Assembly (NCBI GenBank): GCA_031835245.2 | Contig: JAVKOQ020000021.1 | Coordinates: 62,001-126,000, forward strand | DNA: 64,000 nucleotides | Direction: 5' to 3' | From: Balamuthia mandrillaris | Lineage: Eukaryota | Shown: piece by piece, positions 24,681-37,409 of the stretch | How positions within the stretch are numbered: the first letter of the stretch is position 1 | Layout of the letters: every line of letters starts with the position of its first letter | Program-made: the position numbers and the translations under genes | The notes under the pieces: model-generated | Told to the model about the DNA's origin: nothing | The model's database searches: none | The model's input: only the letters and a program-made list of their open reading frames with translations

Positions 24681-27352
24681 TCACTGAATGGTAATGGGTC
24701 CCAACTCCAAGGAAGCCTTCCCCGCTTTGACCCGCAGGAAGTAGAGGACCTCGTAGGAGGTCTCCCCCTCGCCCGTCTCGCTGGGGCTTATGCCGGCCGG
24801 CAACACGTACTCCAGGCGTCCGTTGAAGGTGGTGCCGCCTTTGATGGGGAAGCCCGTCGGCTTGGCCTTTTGCTGCTCCAACACGAGCTCGTTCTTGCTG
24901 TCCACCTTCTTCTGGCCCTTCTTCCAGACGAAGCTCTTGGTGCGCTTGACGAGGGCGAACTGGACGTTGGAGATGCGGGACTTGCGCTCGTTGGTGATGG
25001 TGGCGGTGAGGGTGAGGCGCTCGCCGGCCGTGAACTTGCCTTTGGAGGTGTTTACCGTTATAGTTATCTGTTGTTGGTTTTTGAAAGAAAAGAAAAAAGT
25101 GAGCAAACAGGAAACGAGCAAAGAAGAGAAAGAGAAACCACGAAAGAGAAAGAGAAAGAGGTGAAAGAGTTGAGAGACTAGAGTGAATTATACCTTTTCG
25201 CTTTCAACAGATTTGAAGAGGGGTTGATCAAGTTGAGGAGCTGGAGTGACAGAAGCCACCGAAGAAGAGGAAGACAATGGAGAAGGTGACACAGAAGAAG
25301 ATGTGTTAAGCGAAGACTTTCGAGAGGAAGAAACCGGAGAGGAAGAATTCGAAGAAGAGGCAGAACAAGGTGAAGAGACAATTGGAAGAGGAGGAATGCT
25401 ATCCGCCAGACGTTTAATCTCTGTTGCAGCGTCACATTCTTCACCCTCTTCTTTGTTGTTTCTTGGAGATGAAACTGGCGAAAAGGTTACCGTTGAGGTG
25501 ACCTTCTCGACTATTTCTTCATCCTCCTTTCTCGGGGAAGTTGTTCGAGTTGTTTCTTTTGGTGTGCTTGTTTGGCCTCTCAATAACTCTGGAGGCGAAG
25601 AAATGGAAGACAATAACGAACGAAAGGTTGAATCGGAAGCAGCATCAGAAGATGAAGAAGGAACACCGATACTCTTTCTATTTGTAGAAGATGAAGTTGA
25701 AGACGAAGAAGAAGAAGAAGAAGAAGAGTTGTTGGCTCTCTTTCCACCTTTCAAAAGTTGGGTGGAGTTATCTGACTTGAACATGACTTGACCATGCGTT
25801 GGCACCATTGACTTTCTTCGTATGCTTAACTGGCCGTATTTTGATGATGAAGCAGAAGAATAAGAATTCGACATAGAATTCATCGCTTTGCTGAATGTTT
25901 GGTACTGTTGTTGGGACCGAGGAGAAAGAGGAAAGTCCGAATGTTGTTGCGAACGAGGAGAAAGTGGTGTGCCTGAGTGTTGTTGTTCTTGTTGAGAAAG
26001 TTGAGAGCTGACTTTGGAAGCTCCCGCAAAAGAGATTGTGTTGACAGCCCGAGGAGAAACAGGAGAAGGAAAAGGATCAGAAGCCTTTCGTTGTGGAAGT
26101 AAATAAGGAGTTGATGAAGCAGACGATGGAGCAGACGAGGGAGCAGACGAGGGAGCAGAAGAAGAAAGAAGAAGACGAATCGCATCGGCCACCTCTTTGG
26201 CTGCAATGCTAATTTTTTGGATGACTTTCTCGTTGTAGACCAACATTCTTTCTTTGATAGCAAGAGCTAAGGCGTAGTTGGCGGTAGCAAGGCGTTGTCG
26301 CTCTTCCATAAGCTGTGCCTCCTCTGCCATTTGCACCAGTTGTTTCAATTGGGCTAATGTTTCTTTGGCCTGTACCAATAGCTCCTATTTTTTTATTTAT
26401 TTTTGAAGAAAGAAGATGAATAAGGTTGAAAACAAAAAAAAAATAAATATGAAAGCAAAGAAAAGCTAAAACGAGAGGAGGAGGAAGACAACGAAGAAGA
26501 AGAAGAAGAAGAAGAAGAAGAAGAAGAAGAAGAAGAAGGAGGAGAAGAACAAGAACAAGAAGAAGAAGAAGAAGAAAAAGAAAAAGAAGAAGAAGAAGAA
26601 GAACAAGAAGGAGACGAAGACGACGAAATAAGAAAACGAAATGAAAATAAATGCAACGATAAGGACATACTTCCTGTTGTTTGGGTTGTTGAGCTAAACT
26701 CAAGAACTGCATTACCGAACGAATGGCAGTTTTTGTCTTTTCAGCATCAACTGCCTTTCTTCCTCCGCTTAGATGACTGTTTTCTAACCCGGTTCTCATT
26801 GTTGCAGATGAAATTGTTTGCGGTTGTGGTTGTTGCGAACGAGGGGACAGCAGAGCTCTTGAAAGACTCTCCCCTCCGGTCATGGAATGAGATCTGTTTC
26901 TATCGGGAAGAGAAGTGGAAGAGAGTTGTGAAGTCAGATTGAAGGTGAGTTTGTTGTTCTCCAGTTTCCATGTTTCGGCTGCGTTCAAAACGTCGTCTAT
27001 GGCTGGTCTTATGCGACGAAGAAACACTTCACAGTCTGTTTGTTTTTGTTTTTCCTAAGAATAAGTAATGATAGAAAGAAAGCAGCAGAGAAGAGCGAAA
27101 GAGAGAAGAGCAAACGTTTGGTATCATCGAGAGTAGGAGGAAAGCTGGCAAGAAGGTCTTTAACACTACGAATGTATTGAGTTACAAGCGTTTGTGCCAC
27201 TTTAAAGTAAAAACGAATGTCAATTTAGCAGCAAAGCAAGCAAGCAAAGCAAGAAACTACAAGAAAGAAAGAAAGAAACGACAAGAAACGACAAGAAAGA
27301 AAGAAAGAAAGAAAGAAACGACAAGAAAGAAAGAAAGAAAGAAAGAAACGAC

Positions 27353-27408
<56 letters not shown>

Positions 27409-27743
27409 AACGACAAGAAAGAAAGAAAGAAACGACAAGAAAGAAAGAAAGAAACGACAAGAAAGAACGACAAGGAAGAAAACAAAAAAAAACCTTTCAA
27501 AAGGTCAGAAATAGCTCCTCCGTTGTGGTGTCTGCTGGCCAAAGAGACAAGGGAGAAGAGCGCCTGGCTGCAATGGTTGGCCTGCTCGACGATAGCCCTC
27601 CTCTCCGCCGCGACGTCCCTGTCGTAGCGGCTGGCGTCGAAGATGGTCTGCGCCAGCAGGTCCTGCAGCGCCGTGCACTGGTCCCAGGTCTCGTTGCAGG
27701 CCTCCACTATGTCATCCGTGAGGTAGTCCGTTTCGGTGGCCAT
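24681..27743 (-). CDS. Multi-exon protein with helical segments, Ser-rich linker and C-terminal arrestin-C-like beta domain
   Basis: Last exon ITITVNTSKGKFTAGERLTLTATITNE..ISNVQFALVK..LPAGISPS..SYEVLYFLRVKA resembles arrestin C; upstream exons flanked by GT-AG. Confidence 0.65.
27255..27470. repeat. (AAAG)n microsatellite, intronic
   Basis: Directly visible. Confidence 0.9.
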
Positions 27744-28397
27744 CCTCGCCTCTGTTTTATTCGTTTTTTCTCTATTAAAAAAAATGAAATAAAAGAAAGA
27801 AAGAAATATAACGAAAAGATATACAAAGAAAAGAAAAGAAAAAATGTGTGTTCAAACAAACTTTTAAAAAAAAAAAAGAGGTGTGTGGTTTTTCGGTGGA
27901 AAGAAAGCAGCGAAAAGGACTGCGGTAAGATCTGGACCGAAATGACAAGCAGCAAAAAAAGCGTTAAATACTGTAGCCCCGCAAGGTAGACATATATATA
28001 TATATGTCAAACACGTCACGCTTTTCCCCTTTGCCTCTGTGGGAAAAATACATGACTCCTCAATGTTTATATGTCTACCTTGCGGGCTTACAGTTAAATA
28101 CTATAGCGTTGTTTTTTTTTTTTCTTATTTTATTTTCGATCATTTGGTTGTCGGGGATTGGGCAAACGAGATAAATGAAATTAGGCTGATTTAATTTTTT
28201 CCAGATCTTTGAGGGTGGTACTCGATCAGAAGGTGGGTTCTGCCCGCAGGGTGGGAGTGAAATGGACAAAACTCCACCGCCCCAGCGTTCGAACCTATTC
28301 CAGATTGCAGATCAAAGATTGGATAACGTGGAAAGAATGCTCTTTAGGTGATTGATGACGTCAACTTTCTTTTCGGCCTTGCAGAAGAAAAGCGAAG

Positions 28398-29449
28398 ATG
28401 ACGGACGTAGAGCGAGCAACAAGCCACGAAGAACCTCCTCCACAGCAAGAGGTGACAGAAGAACAACCATGCGGTATGCCTGACCAACAGCCACAGCAAG
28501 AACAACAGCAACCCTCCCTTGTCTCCGAGGCTTCGCCAGAGGTGTTGACGCAAAGCGAGGCAAACCCTCCCGCAAGACAAGAGACGCCCGCACAACGGCT
28601 GGCTCAGTTCCAGATGCTGAGACGCAGCGCCGAGGAGGACACCCTCATTGCTAGACACTTTCTGGAAGACCTCGAATCGCAGGCCACCGTTTGTGGCAAA
28701 GAATTGGCCAAGCTGATGGTTACCATGCGGCACAAGCTTCACTCTGTATGTCCTTGTCCCCTCTGTCTCCCCTTTTCTTCTCCCACTTCTCTGCTAGCAT
28801 ACTTCTCTTCATCGTTCTCTTCATCGTTCTCTTCATCGTTCTGTTCTGTTCTGTTCTGTTCTGTTCTGTTCTGTTCTGTTCTGTTCTGTTCTGTTCTGTT
28901 CTGTTCTGTTCTGTTCTGTTCTGTTCTGTTCTGTTCTGTTCTCTGCTCTTCATCGTTTTCTTCGTCCTCTTCTGCTTTCTTCTCTGCTCTACTTCTCTCT
29001 TCTCTTTCGTCTCTCGTCTCTCTCGTCTCTCTTCTCTCTGCTTCTCTGATCTCTTCTCTGCTCTACTTCTCTTCTCTTCATCGTTATCTTCAATAACAAT
29101 AACCACAACAACAACAACAATAACAACAATAACAACAACAAAAAAGATGACGGGATTATCAGCACAGTACATGGCGGCGTTGAAGCTTTCATCGGAGAGC
29201 TTGGCGGAGACTACGAACGGGGCGGTGGAGCACATGCAGGACTTTCTCTCCAAGTGCGAACGCTTGCATCAGGACATGCTCCCCATTCAAGAACTCGCTG
29301 CTCAAATGTAGGTTCCTTTTTTGAAACTTTTTGTTTTTGTTTTTTTGCTTCTAGTTAACCAAAACACCAACAACTGCAGTAAAGAGATAAGGAAGACGTT
29401 GGATGGCTTTGAGCAAATCATGAACAAAGTTTGTCGGCTGAAAGATTGA
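28398..29449 (+). CDS. BORCS6: BORC complex subunit 6 (lyspersin) homologue
   Basis: Spliced C-terminus LEDLESQA..KLHSMTGLSAQYM..KCERLHQDMLPIQELAAQIKEIRKTLDGFEQ matches the BORCS6 coiled-coil pattern as I recall it. Confidence 0.75.
28838..28941. repeat. (TTCTG)n pentanucleotide repeat, intronic
   Basis: Directly visible. Confidence 0.95.
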
Positions 29450-29479
29450 TGAAGTTAGCAACAATGCTTACTTGCTGTG

Positions 29480-29862
29480 TTATGATGCCAGTTCTTTTGT
29501 TTCTTCTCCCGTCTTCTCTTTTTGCAGCTGCCCCCGTTTTGCTTTCTCTTCGTCGTTTTCTTCGTCCTCTTCTGCTTTCTTCTGTTGCGTTTCTTCTTCT
29601 GGTGTAGATTCTTCGGCCATCTCGTCCTCTTGTTTTTGGTTCGTTAGTTCTTCGAAGTGGAGGAGGGCTTGTACGGCTGTCATGAACTGCGCAAAGCAAT
29701 ACCCATCCTTTTGTTTTGATGTTAAATGAAAGAAAGAAGAGAGAAAAAAGAAAAACAAACCTCTCCTAACATGGAGCTTTCATCCATCCAATCTTGTATG
29801 AACATTACTTCCGAATAAATCTGTTACAGGATTATGGTAGGATAAAGGAGATATGAGAGAGG

Positions 29863-29904
<42 letters not shown>

Positions 29905-31670
29905 AAGGAGAAAGAAAGTACATGAGGTAGCTGTGCTTTAACCAGCACATAGCAAAAGATAGGCAACAACTCATCTGCTCCACTTTGTTTGTTGTCACCA
30001 AAAAGAAAAAAGTCAGAGCAACACAAACAACACAAAACAAACAAATAAACAAACGCACATAGCACGGGGCCGTTTTGGCTTTTTCTGCTTCGCTGTCTTT
30101 GTCATTATGCCCTCATTCTCTTCTCCTTCCTCTTTCGGTTTCTCTTTCTTTTCTTCCATTTCCTCTTCCTCTGCATCTATTTTTTCTACTGCCGAAGGCG
30201 ACAACTCGACCGGTTCCTTCAAAAGGGCATCAATCTTGCTCTTTTTTGCCGTTTGAGCGTCCCTCTCTCTTCTTTTTTCCTCATCCTCTCTTATTCTCTG
30301 CAGGTTGCGAACGTGCGACATGGCACAATCGCAAATGACTCGCGAAGTTTGTGCCAAGTAATGACACTTTTCGACTGGGGTTTTGACGAGAGGAAGCTCT
30401 CGAAGAGTTTCGATTGCAGGTTGATAGGGTTGTTGGCGTGCTTTTGATGACGACGGTGAAGAAGAAAGAGGAATGCAGAGACGAGGATCGATGGACATGT
30501 CTTGTTGGGAGAGATTACGCAGTTGTTTGAGTTTTTGGGCGTGCTCTTTGTCTTCTTTCTCATACTGATTTTTTTATTTCGAGTAAATGAGCAGAAAGAA
30601 AACAAAAACGAGAAGAAAAGAAAAAGTAGCGATAACAGAAGAAAGAAAGCGGAAAAAATAAAGGGAATGGTTTCGTACCTTTAAGTTATAATGTTTGAAC
30701 ATTGTTGGAAATATGAGGTTGAACAAGGTGAACTTAATCGCAGTTTCCACTTGAGCAGGATGACGACGTAACTGAGGAAGCATTGTCCCAACTTTTTCCA
30801 GCGTCTCATCGATGAATTGTTGAACCGTTTGTTTCATCGATTGAAAGGTATCTTCTGTTGTTTCTTCCTCTTCTTGATTTGATTTATTTTCTTTCTTTGG
30901 AAGTTCGTTGTACGTTTGCATGAAACGCAAAACGAATCGAGTCATGAGTTTACCTGCCCAATGTTCTTTGCGCCTTAAGAAAAAAGTGAGAAAGAGCAAA
31001 CACAAATGTTACAGAGAGAGAGGGCAGAGAGAGAGAGAGAGAGAGAGAAAGAAGTAGAGTAGAAGGGAAGGAATTGAGAACGAAAGACGAAAGGAAGACG
31101 AAGAAACCTTAATAAAAAGGCGAGATGGCCAGCAATAAGATAAGGAGCAGCGTCTGGGTGCAACTCAATCTGTTGAAGCCATTCCTCGTCATCGTCCTCT
31201 TCCGTTTTTGCTGTTGTTGCTGCTGATAAAGACAATCGTTTCTGCTCGTTTACAACAGCAGTAAGTGATGAAAAGGGATAAACAACAGAGTGGCGAGGAG
31301 AACTACTCGGTGTTGTAGGAGCAGAAGCAAAGGAGGAGGTAGAATTGCGTCGAGATCGACGAAGTGAAGAAAGCAACTGAATAGGATTGAGAGCAAAGGC
31401 GGATCCTTCTTGTTCTTGATTTTCTTGTGGTGGAATTTCGTTGTTGCTTTCTGTTTCTTGTTGTTGGCTGTTATCATTATTCTTTTTCGACTGTTTTTGT
31501 TGTGCTCTCTTTGCCACGATTTGTTTTAGGATGAGTTCTTGTTCTTGTCTAGCTACGTCGTAGTTTGCGTTGCACTGCTTTACAAAAGCTGCTTGCTGTT
31601 CAGAGAAATATAAAAAGAAAGAAACAACACGGACGAAATATTAATGAGAACGAAAAGAACCAGAGGGATG

Positions 31671-31719
<49 letters not shown>

Positions 31720-33107
31720 AACCATCAAAGCAGACTCTTTATCCGGCGAATCTTTCGAAGTAATAAAAGAGAAACCCTTTTCCAGATATCTTCTTCTCAA
31801 CTTTAAGTTTTTCTGACGCGCCTCAATGAATGGTTGTTGCAGCCACAACTCCTCTTGCTCCGTAAAAAGAACGTTCGCATAGGCTTCTGGCAGCCTCAAC
31901 TTGGCTCTAACCATCTCTCTCCGCTCTAAGGGACTGAGCACCGGCGTTAGCAACTTTGGAGGAGGACTTCTTTCTCCGCCGTTTTGTTGCAAATCCAGGC
32001 GTTGTTGCAAGTGAAGTGTTGCAGCAGTTAGACTTGCTCGCCGTTGTTGATGTTCTCGTTGTTTTTGTTGACGTTTGGTTTGAGGAGATAGAAAAGAAGA
32101 GGGAGGAGAAGAGGAGGAAGAGGGAGAAGAAAGAAGAGATAAGGATTTTGGTCGGCGAGTTAATCCGGTTGCAGGAGCTGAAGAAGCGCGAGCGAGCAAC
32201 GAAGAAGAGGGAGAAGGAGAAGAAGGAATGGAATTGGACGATGGTTGCTTGTTCTGTAACATGCTTTTGATTTCCTAAATATAGAGTTAGCAAGAGACGA
32301 GAGAGAAGATAAGACAGAAGAGCAAAGAGCGAATAGAGAGGAGGAGCAAAAAGGAGGCAAAGAAAGAAAAACAACGCGAGAGAGATGTTTACCTCAGCAC
32401 GATTGAGATAATTGGTCATGGTGTCCTTCAGAGTAACTTTTAAGTTTTCGCTTTGTGGCGTATTCACTTGGAAGTACGTGGTGTAAGCTGAAAGCAGAAG
32501 AAAGAAGAACGAAGAAAGAAGGAGAAGAAAAGAAGAACGGAGAAAGAAGCTAGAGGAAAGAAACAACAAAGACATACGCTTGCACATCTCGAGGAAGATC
32601 GCGACAGTGTTCTCGTAAGCCCGCACAGCATTCTGCCACTCTCGCTTCTGGTCGTGAGCGGTGGCCAGCATGGCCTCCCTCTGAGCCTGCAGCACCAAAA
32701 GCCGCGTGCGATAGTCTCTCATCTTTCTTTCTACTCGCCTTTTCGCTTCCTCTTCTTTTTGCTCTAAAAAAAGTATTTTTTTTTCGGATCAGCAACCGAA
32801 ACTTTAAAAAAACAAGAGAGGAGAGACGAGAAAGAAGACCTTCTTCTAAGGAGCGAGAAAAGAAGTGGACGGCAGACTCGTAGAAAGGGATGGCTTCAAG
32901 CTTCTCCCCGTTCTTCTCCTTGGCGACGGCAAGTTTGGCTTGTTTGAGCGCCTGCGCGAGCCATCGACTGTTTTTGCCAGCTTGCTTCCTTTTGCTGTTG
33001 CTGCTGCCTCCCCCTCCCACCTCTTGCTCTACGCCCCCGCCAACGACGACCGTTTCAACGTCGTCATCTTCGTCTGCTTTTTTCATCTCTGCCTTTCTCT
33101 TCCCCAA
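29480..33107 (-). CDS. VPS9-domain Rab5-family GEF with N-terminal MIT-like domains (VPS9D1-like)
   Basis: MIT-like LKQAKLAVAKEKNGEKLEAIPFYESAV and AVRAYENTV..YLNRAE; VPS9: AIETLREL..TPVEKCHYL, GADELLPIFCYVLVKAQLPH, GEDGYCFAQFMTAV. Confidence 0.8.
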
Positions 33108-33451
33108 GATGCTATTTTTTGTAGACCAATGACATCATTGTATTCCTAATTCGACTAAAACACTCGTGTCGTTGTCTTCATGACGACTCGAATAAAGCAA
33201 TGCACTCCTGTCTGCGCTCCTATCCACGCTCATGTCCATGATGCCGCCTGAAATTTTTGACCCAAAAAAACGAAAACAAAGATCGCAGCGCCTGAAAAAA
33301 TTGAGAGAGAAAGAAAGAGAAAAACAACCCACAAACAGATTCAACCTTTTTTTTTTTTTTTGGTTTGGTAATCTTGTGAGAGAGATAGTTGACTGGGTGT
33401 GTTTGTTTTTTTCTTGCTTGCTTTGAGGGGGGGAAAGTTCAAGCACACACC

Positions 33452-33482
<31 letters not shown>

Positions 33483-33496
33483 AAAAAACATTCAAA

Positions 33497-35337
33497 ATGT
33501 ACTTGGAAGCAAAACAGCGGCACCGCTCCTCTTCTTCTTTTTTACTTCATTTTCTTCTCTTTCTGCTCTTTGTTCTCTTTTTTTGTTGTTGTTGTTTATT
33601 TGACTCTGCATCCTGCCACGTCCCTACCACTCCCCTCCTCCACCGCCGCTACAAACGAGCCACCGTCATCCCCGACGAAGAAGCGGAGGCAGCGGCAGCA
33701 CATCGCACCAAAGCAAAACCTCCCGTCATCTCCAAAGAACCCTCCTCCTCCTCTCCTCCTCCTCCTCCTTCTTCTTCTTCTTCTTCTTTCAAACCACCCA
33801 AAGAGCAAGAAGGAGCGGATGGCGATGGACCTCTTCTTCCTTCCTCTTCCTCGCCGCCCGCAACGACCACAACGGGGTCTTTCGTGTCGACACCACCGAG
33901 TCGACAAGAAAAACAAAATATCGAAAGATCGATTACCGCTCCGATTATCGACTCAACTGGAACGATAATCGAACCATCGCCGAAAACGTCGATACACAAA
34001 AATAATAATCCTCCGGCGGCGTCGACAACAAATCACATCAGCTGGGCTGAGGTGGTGATGAACCTGAGCGGAGGGCTGTGCTTCTTTCTGTGGGGCATGC
34101 ACATGCTGGAGCGGTCGCTGCGCCGCATTGCTGGCGATGGGTTGAAGAACATTCTGGCCACGCTGTCGTACAACCGCTTTGTCGGTGTTATTACTGGTTC
34201 GTTCCTTCGAAGCTTCTCATTCTCTTCGTCTTGTTCTTCTTCTTCTTTTCCTTTTCTTTTTTCTTATTTTTCGTTAACTTCTGCTGTGTTTCAACTTGTA
34301 CACACACAAAAACAACATTTTCAAACAGGAAGCATCGTAACAGCAATTCTACAATCCTCGGCACTAGTGGCCGGTATGTTAGTAGGTTTCGTCTCCAGCG
34401 GACTTATGAGCTTCCCTCAATGCGTGGGCGTGTTGTTAGGAGTTGGCATTGGCACGACTTTGACCGGTCAAATCATTGCATTCAACGTTGGAAAGTACAG
34501 CTTGGGAATGGTGAGCTTTGGATACTTTTTGCAGCTGGCAAAGGACTCGATAGAAAGGAGGTGGCCAATGTTCACAAAAGTGCAACATTATGGAAGCATG
34601 CTAATGGGTTTGTTATATTATTTGTTTAGTCTTGTCTTTTTGTTTGTTAATTTCCAGTATTCTTTTGTAGGATTGGGCCTCGTCTTTTTTGGAATGGAAG
34701 TAATAACGAGAGCCATCAACCCATTGAAGAACTTCGCTCCTTTTCTGGAGCTTCTCACGCATATCTCCAATTATCCTTTATTGGCAGCTGTCTTGTCACT
34801 CTTCTTCACAGCAGCTATACAGTCCAGCACGGTCACCACCACGTTGTGTATCATGCTTGCCTCGCAACATCTTCTCACCTTGGATGCTGCTGTTGCCCTC
34901 ATCTTAGGTTTTGTCTCAATTCTCTATTATTTCTTGCGTTTTTCTTTGCTTTTGTTTTTCTTTTTCCTTTTTCTCACCATAACAATAACAAACAAACAGG
35001 AGCAAACGTGGGAACAGGAATGAGCGCCATCTACATTTCCATCGGCAAGCCGCCGAAAGCAAAGCGCGTGGCCGCCGCTCACGTCTTCTTCAAGATAGCT
35101 GGCTTTGTCCTCCTCTTCCCCTTCATCTCCACCTACTCCTCTTTTCTTCGCGCGTTCTCTCCTCCTGGACAAGAGAACTCTCCGGAGAGCATCTCAAGGC
35201 AAGTGGCCAATGCGAATACGTTCTTCAACATCGGGGTCGCGTTGATCTTCCTGCCATTTACCACGCAAATAACGACGTTCTTGAATCGAATGATTCCGGA
35301 GGAGGAACCAAAGTTTAGAGGAGAGGAAGCACCATAA
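33497..35337 (+). CDS. Na+/Pi cotransporter (NptA/SLC34 family), no PhoU tail
   Basis: GGLCFFLWGM, two QSS motifs (AILQSSA, AAIQSST), GIGTTLT, GANVGT, RQVANANTFFN; three introns. Confidence 0.9.
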
Positions 35338-35401
35338 AGGGAAGATGCAAGCAAAAGAAATGAAAAGGAAATAATAGAACGCTAAACGTTTGTTATTTGC
35401 T

Positions 35402-37184
35402 TTAATGGGGAAACGGAATATCTTGACGAGTGGGAAGCTTGGGGTTATACGACTGTCGGAATTCAGATATCGCACGTTGGACCTGTTTTTGTGTTTTGTG
35501 GAGACGTGAGCGATAGCAGAGGAAGTGAGAACGACAGAGCGAGAAGATGGACAGAGAAAGAGAGCAAGAGAGAACAAGAGAAAGACAATGACGGAGAGGC
35601 CAGGAGACGTACTTGATAGGAAGTAGTGGTGTCTTTAAGCAAATGTAGGTAATGCACGTTATCAGCCACTTGGTCCAAATGGAAGAACCAATACATGCTC
35701 ATCAATGGATTGATGAACAACGTGCTGGAGGCTGTTCTTTGTTTGGTGGCTGGATGGTGGTAGTTCCCAAACTCGCCTCTTATGGCTGAAACGACGCTAG
35801 CACAAACAATACTGTTTTGTTATAAAGAGAGAGATAGAGAAGACCATCATTAACATAAAGAAGAGAAGTGAGGGAGAAGGAATGACAAAGGGTGAAGAGA
35901 GTGTACCTGTTGGAAGGCGAACAGTGCTCATAAGCATGAATGAACTTTTGAGCTTCCACATGTTGAGGCAGCACGGAGAGAGTACCGAGGAAAGCTCCTT
36001 GCTTGGACAACGTGGCAACGTTCTCCAAAAATCTACTATGACATACTCCATGAAATGCTTTTATGTTCAACACATCTGCAATGTCAGGACAAGAAGAAGA
36101 AGAAGAAGAAGAAGAAGAACAAGAAGAAGAACAAGAAGAAGAACAAGAACAAGAACAAGAACAAGAACAAGAACAAGAACAAGAACAAGAACAAGAACAA
36201 GAACAAGAACAAGAACAAAAATAACAACTTCAAGAACAACAAGCAAAAAACAAACCATCAACACCAAAGCCAATGCAAGCCATGACCTTCCTCTTGACCT
36301 GTTCCTCCTCCAACAGCCTCACCGCAGCGATGCTCTGCATGTCCTCCACCGGGGTGCCCAACAGCTGCTCATCCCCTCGCATCAAGCTGTCGGTGCCGCC
36401 GTCCACCAGAACGATGGCGTCGAGCTGGAGGTGCTCCACGAGGGCTTTGTAAACTTTTAGGGTGGGCTGGACGCCGCTGCGAGGAAAGGTGTAGATAGGG
36501 ACCTCTTGCTGCTCGTGCTGGCGAAACCATTTGCTGAGATATAGCTCCGGAAAGTAGTACTCCACTCGTTCAAAGTTTTCGCTATAGTTGCGAACTATAA
36601 CGATCGTTGTTTGTGTGGACGTGCGAAGAGAGACAAGCGAAAGAAAGAGAAGAGTAAGGAGAGATGAGAGACACGAGAGAAGCGAGAAGAGAGGAGAGAG
36701 AAAAAGAGAGAGCAGAGAGAGGAACCATTTTCACGAACAGTGTCGGCGGTGACTTCAATGCAGATATCAGCAAAGCGCTTTCCGGTCACAAGAGCCAAGT
36801 CCGTGAAACACAAGTTGGCCAAATGCACTTTTTTGTCCTATTCAAACAACACCAGCTTAGCAAAAAAAGGGCGAATAGGAAGGAATGAAGCTTTGTGGGA
36901 GGTCAGAAAACCATTTTTTGGAGGGCAAAGTAAAGCGGAAGACCGCTGAAAACGTCGTAACCGCCGCCACATCCGGCCAACAACACCGACTGGCAGTCTT
37001 TCAGCGTTTCAAAGATCGGCAGAGCGTCAAGCCTCACCTCGTCGGCCCAATACCCGGCAGCATTACAGCTGCTGCCATCCCCTTTCTTATCCATGCCTTT
37101 CTTTTCCTTCCTCTTCTGCTCGTCTTTCTTCTCCTTCTTGACCTTCTTCTTCTTCTTCTCCTTGTCTTTGTTCGGCTGTTCCAT
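35402..37184 (-). CDS. DUF1152-family protein
   Basis: LLAGCGGGYDVFSGLPL, YFPELYL, VLVDGGTDSLMRGDE..LGTPVED, GFGVD, LFINPLMSMYWFF; spliced end ..QDIPFPH*. Confidence 0.8.
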
Positions 37185-37409
37185 GTTGTTGTAGTTTTCG
37201 GCTTTGTCTTCTTCTTTGCTTTATTTTTTTTTGTTGGTTGAATTTTCTGTTTCACGGAAAGGCATTATATCGCGACGACATGATGTCTACATAAATTCCT
37301 TTACCTATTAGCCTTAAATCACAATAATATCTTAGAATATACCCACCTATTATATTCAACTGTGCGTTTTATTCAATTTTTATTTTTGTTTTATTTTTTG
37401 TTTTTTTAT

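Noticed and set aside
28270..28305. GTTCGAACC tRNA T-loop/B-box-like motif
   Set aside because: No T-stem pairing or cloverleaf on either strand
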